NCBI RefSeq assembly: GCF_036321535.1
Contig: NC_087437.1
Location: 61,072,001 to 61,136,000 of the forward strand
Length of the DNA: 64,000 nucleotides
Direction: 5' to 3'
From: Camelus dromedarius
Lineage: Eukaryota
Under the pieces are notes generated by a model. It was not told the DNA's origin, ran no database searches, and saw only the letters and a list, made by a program, of their open reading frames with translations. Made by a program: the position numbers and the translations under genes. Of the stretch, positions 62,289-64,000 are shown piece after piece; positions within the stretch are counted from its first letter, which is position 1; each line of letters starts with the position of its first letter.

Positions 62289-64000
62289 CTAAGGAGCATT
62301 TTTATATCATAAGCATGATTTCCTCACCTTGGTTGAAGACTTCTTGAGAAGATAGCTTATACTTAAAAAATAATGTGTTAATACCTTTTACACAATAAGT
62401 ACTCAGTGTTATTGACTTTCTGACCTTGAGCTACCTGACACCAGATAGCTGATTATATTTCTTATAATGGATTTTGTCTGCCTACTCAGAATTTAACAGA
62501 TACTAGCAGCAAAGTTCTGTTGTATGCAAATTAGAAAAGGTCACTAATTGGACTGATTAGGCATTCATAGTAGGCCTCTCAGACCAGTGAGATGGGAGTA
62601 GTAAATTGAATATTTTGAAAGAATAATTAAGAAAAATAATGAAGAAAATTTCTGAGCATCATCACTGGAAACACTAATTAAATATATAGTACTCTCTTTC
62701 CATTTTATTTTAATTTATAATAAAAGACATTTGAATTTTAATTTGTGTATGTGATGAAAGGAAGTTTCTGGGTGGTGTTCATCTTTCAGTTTAGACTCTT
62801 ATGATATTTTCTCATATCTGCCTAATACTTAGCCATGACTCATGAGGTGTCACCTTCAGTCTCTAAGAATTAGGTCAGGTTTCTTGTAGATCTTGTCACA
62901 TTGCCAGTTGGAATTTAGCAGGAAGGAAGAAAGTAAGACAAAATTGCAATTGTTTAGATGAACATCTTATTCTGGAGGGCTTATTAGAGGCAGTAGGCAG
63001 AGTAGAAAGACCTCATTCTGTCTGGTATTTTGTTTTGTTTTCCACCTCTTCTCTGAGCGTCTTTTTCCCCCCTTTCACTGTACCATATCTTGGGCAGAGA
63101 TGGCAGTTGATCATTAAAATTCCTCTATCCCCAATTTCTGACTGATGCCTAAAATTTCATCATTATCAAGAAGTTAATTTATTTGTGCAAATTATGTTAC
63201 TCCAGAAAAATGCAGATATCCTTTCAGGGTATTAGAGGGGTAGCATAAGCCAGCATCTAAACATGATACATCAAATATTCAGAACTTTTTTGTGGTAGTT
63301 GCTAGAAGCTTTCTGCTAAATGAGATGATAATAAATATTTTTATTTTTAAAGGGAAGGGGAACCCTGGATGGGGTTTTAGTAGCTGGGGACTCTGAACAA
63401 GCTTAAGGTGCTAAGACTCTGAAAGAGGAAGGGGAAATGAGTATTGAAAAAGGAAGAGGAGGGATATTTAAAATATACAGTACACTTTCTAAACAGTTTT
63501 CATGACTCTTAACTCTGGAGGAGTCTTGTCTGAAATCTACAGAGCAGTTAGAGTTAAGAAATCAATGCTTTGTTAAACCAGGAATTGCTGATGGCCATCC
63601 TCTAAAAAAAAAAGGCTCTTTTCTCCATCTGTACCAAAGACATATCTTTTATATTTCCTTGCATCTGTCATACCTCTAGGTGTCCTAGGGATATAATGTT
63701 AAGGGTAGTGGGAAAGTCTGTGTAACTAACTTTCTTGGCCATATTATTCCAGTCTTTTGCATGCAGTCAAGATATGAAATTAGCAGTTAATATACAAGCT
63801 GCATTGGCTGGGGAATAATTTCCAAGGTCAGGTGACTAATAGTGGCCATTGTTCCACAGAGAGGCATTTCAGTGTTTCTACTAGAGCCTGGGTTTTGTGA
63901 AGCTCTGTTGTTTTTGCCAGATGCAATTGGTTTATCTTTGTGAAATGTGTGCTATGGAATTGATGCTAAGTGCATCCATATTAACCCCTCTGAAATACTG

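Noticed and set aside
63900..64000. Possible PCYT1A coding exon after TTTTTGCCAG|ATG
   Set aside because: Translation does not resemble the PCYT1A N-terminus (MDAQ...RKRRK) and stops after a few codons.

Overview
Mammalian genomic DNA, most likely camelid, judged from Vic-1-like tRNA-Ala-derived SINEs and a shared young L1 3' UTR. It is syntenic with human 3q29. Four genes lie in tandem on the + strand: the last five coding exons and ~8 kb 3' UTR of UBXN7; complete TM4SF19 (5 exons, 202 aa); complete DYNLT2B/TCTEX1D2 (5 exons, 140 aa, GC-AG first intron); and the CpG-island promoter, non-coding exon 1 and intron 1 of PCYT1A. All exon junctions were checked by hand for splice signals and frame. 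The rest is L1, L2, MIR, MaLR/ERV LTR, hAT MER and SINE repeats. Best leads: (1) a dual-frame TM4SF19 last exon whose alternative frame can splice in frame into DYNLT2B, giving a possible membrane-anchored dynein light chain; (2) a ~10-unit repeat/spacer array in PCYT1A intron 1; (3) shifted start codons in TM4SF19 and DYNLT2B; (4) several atypical retro-insertions. Comparisons with human sequences and repeat family names are from memory, not database searches.
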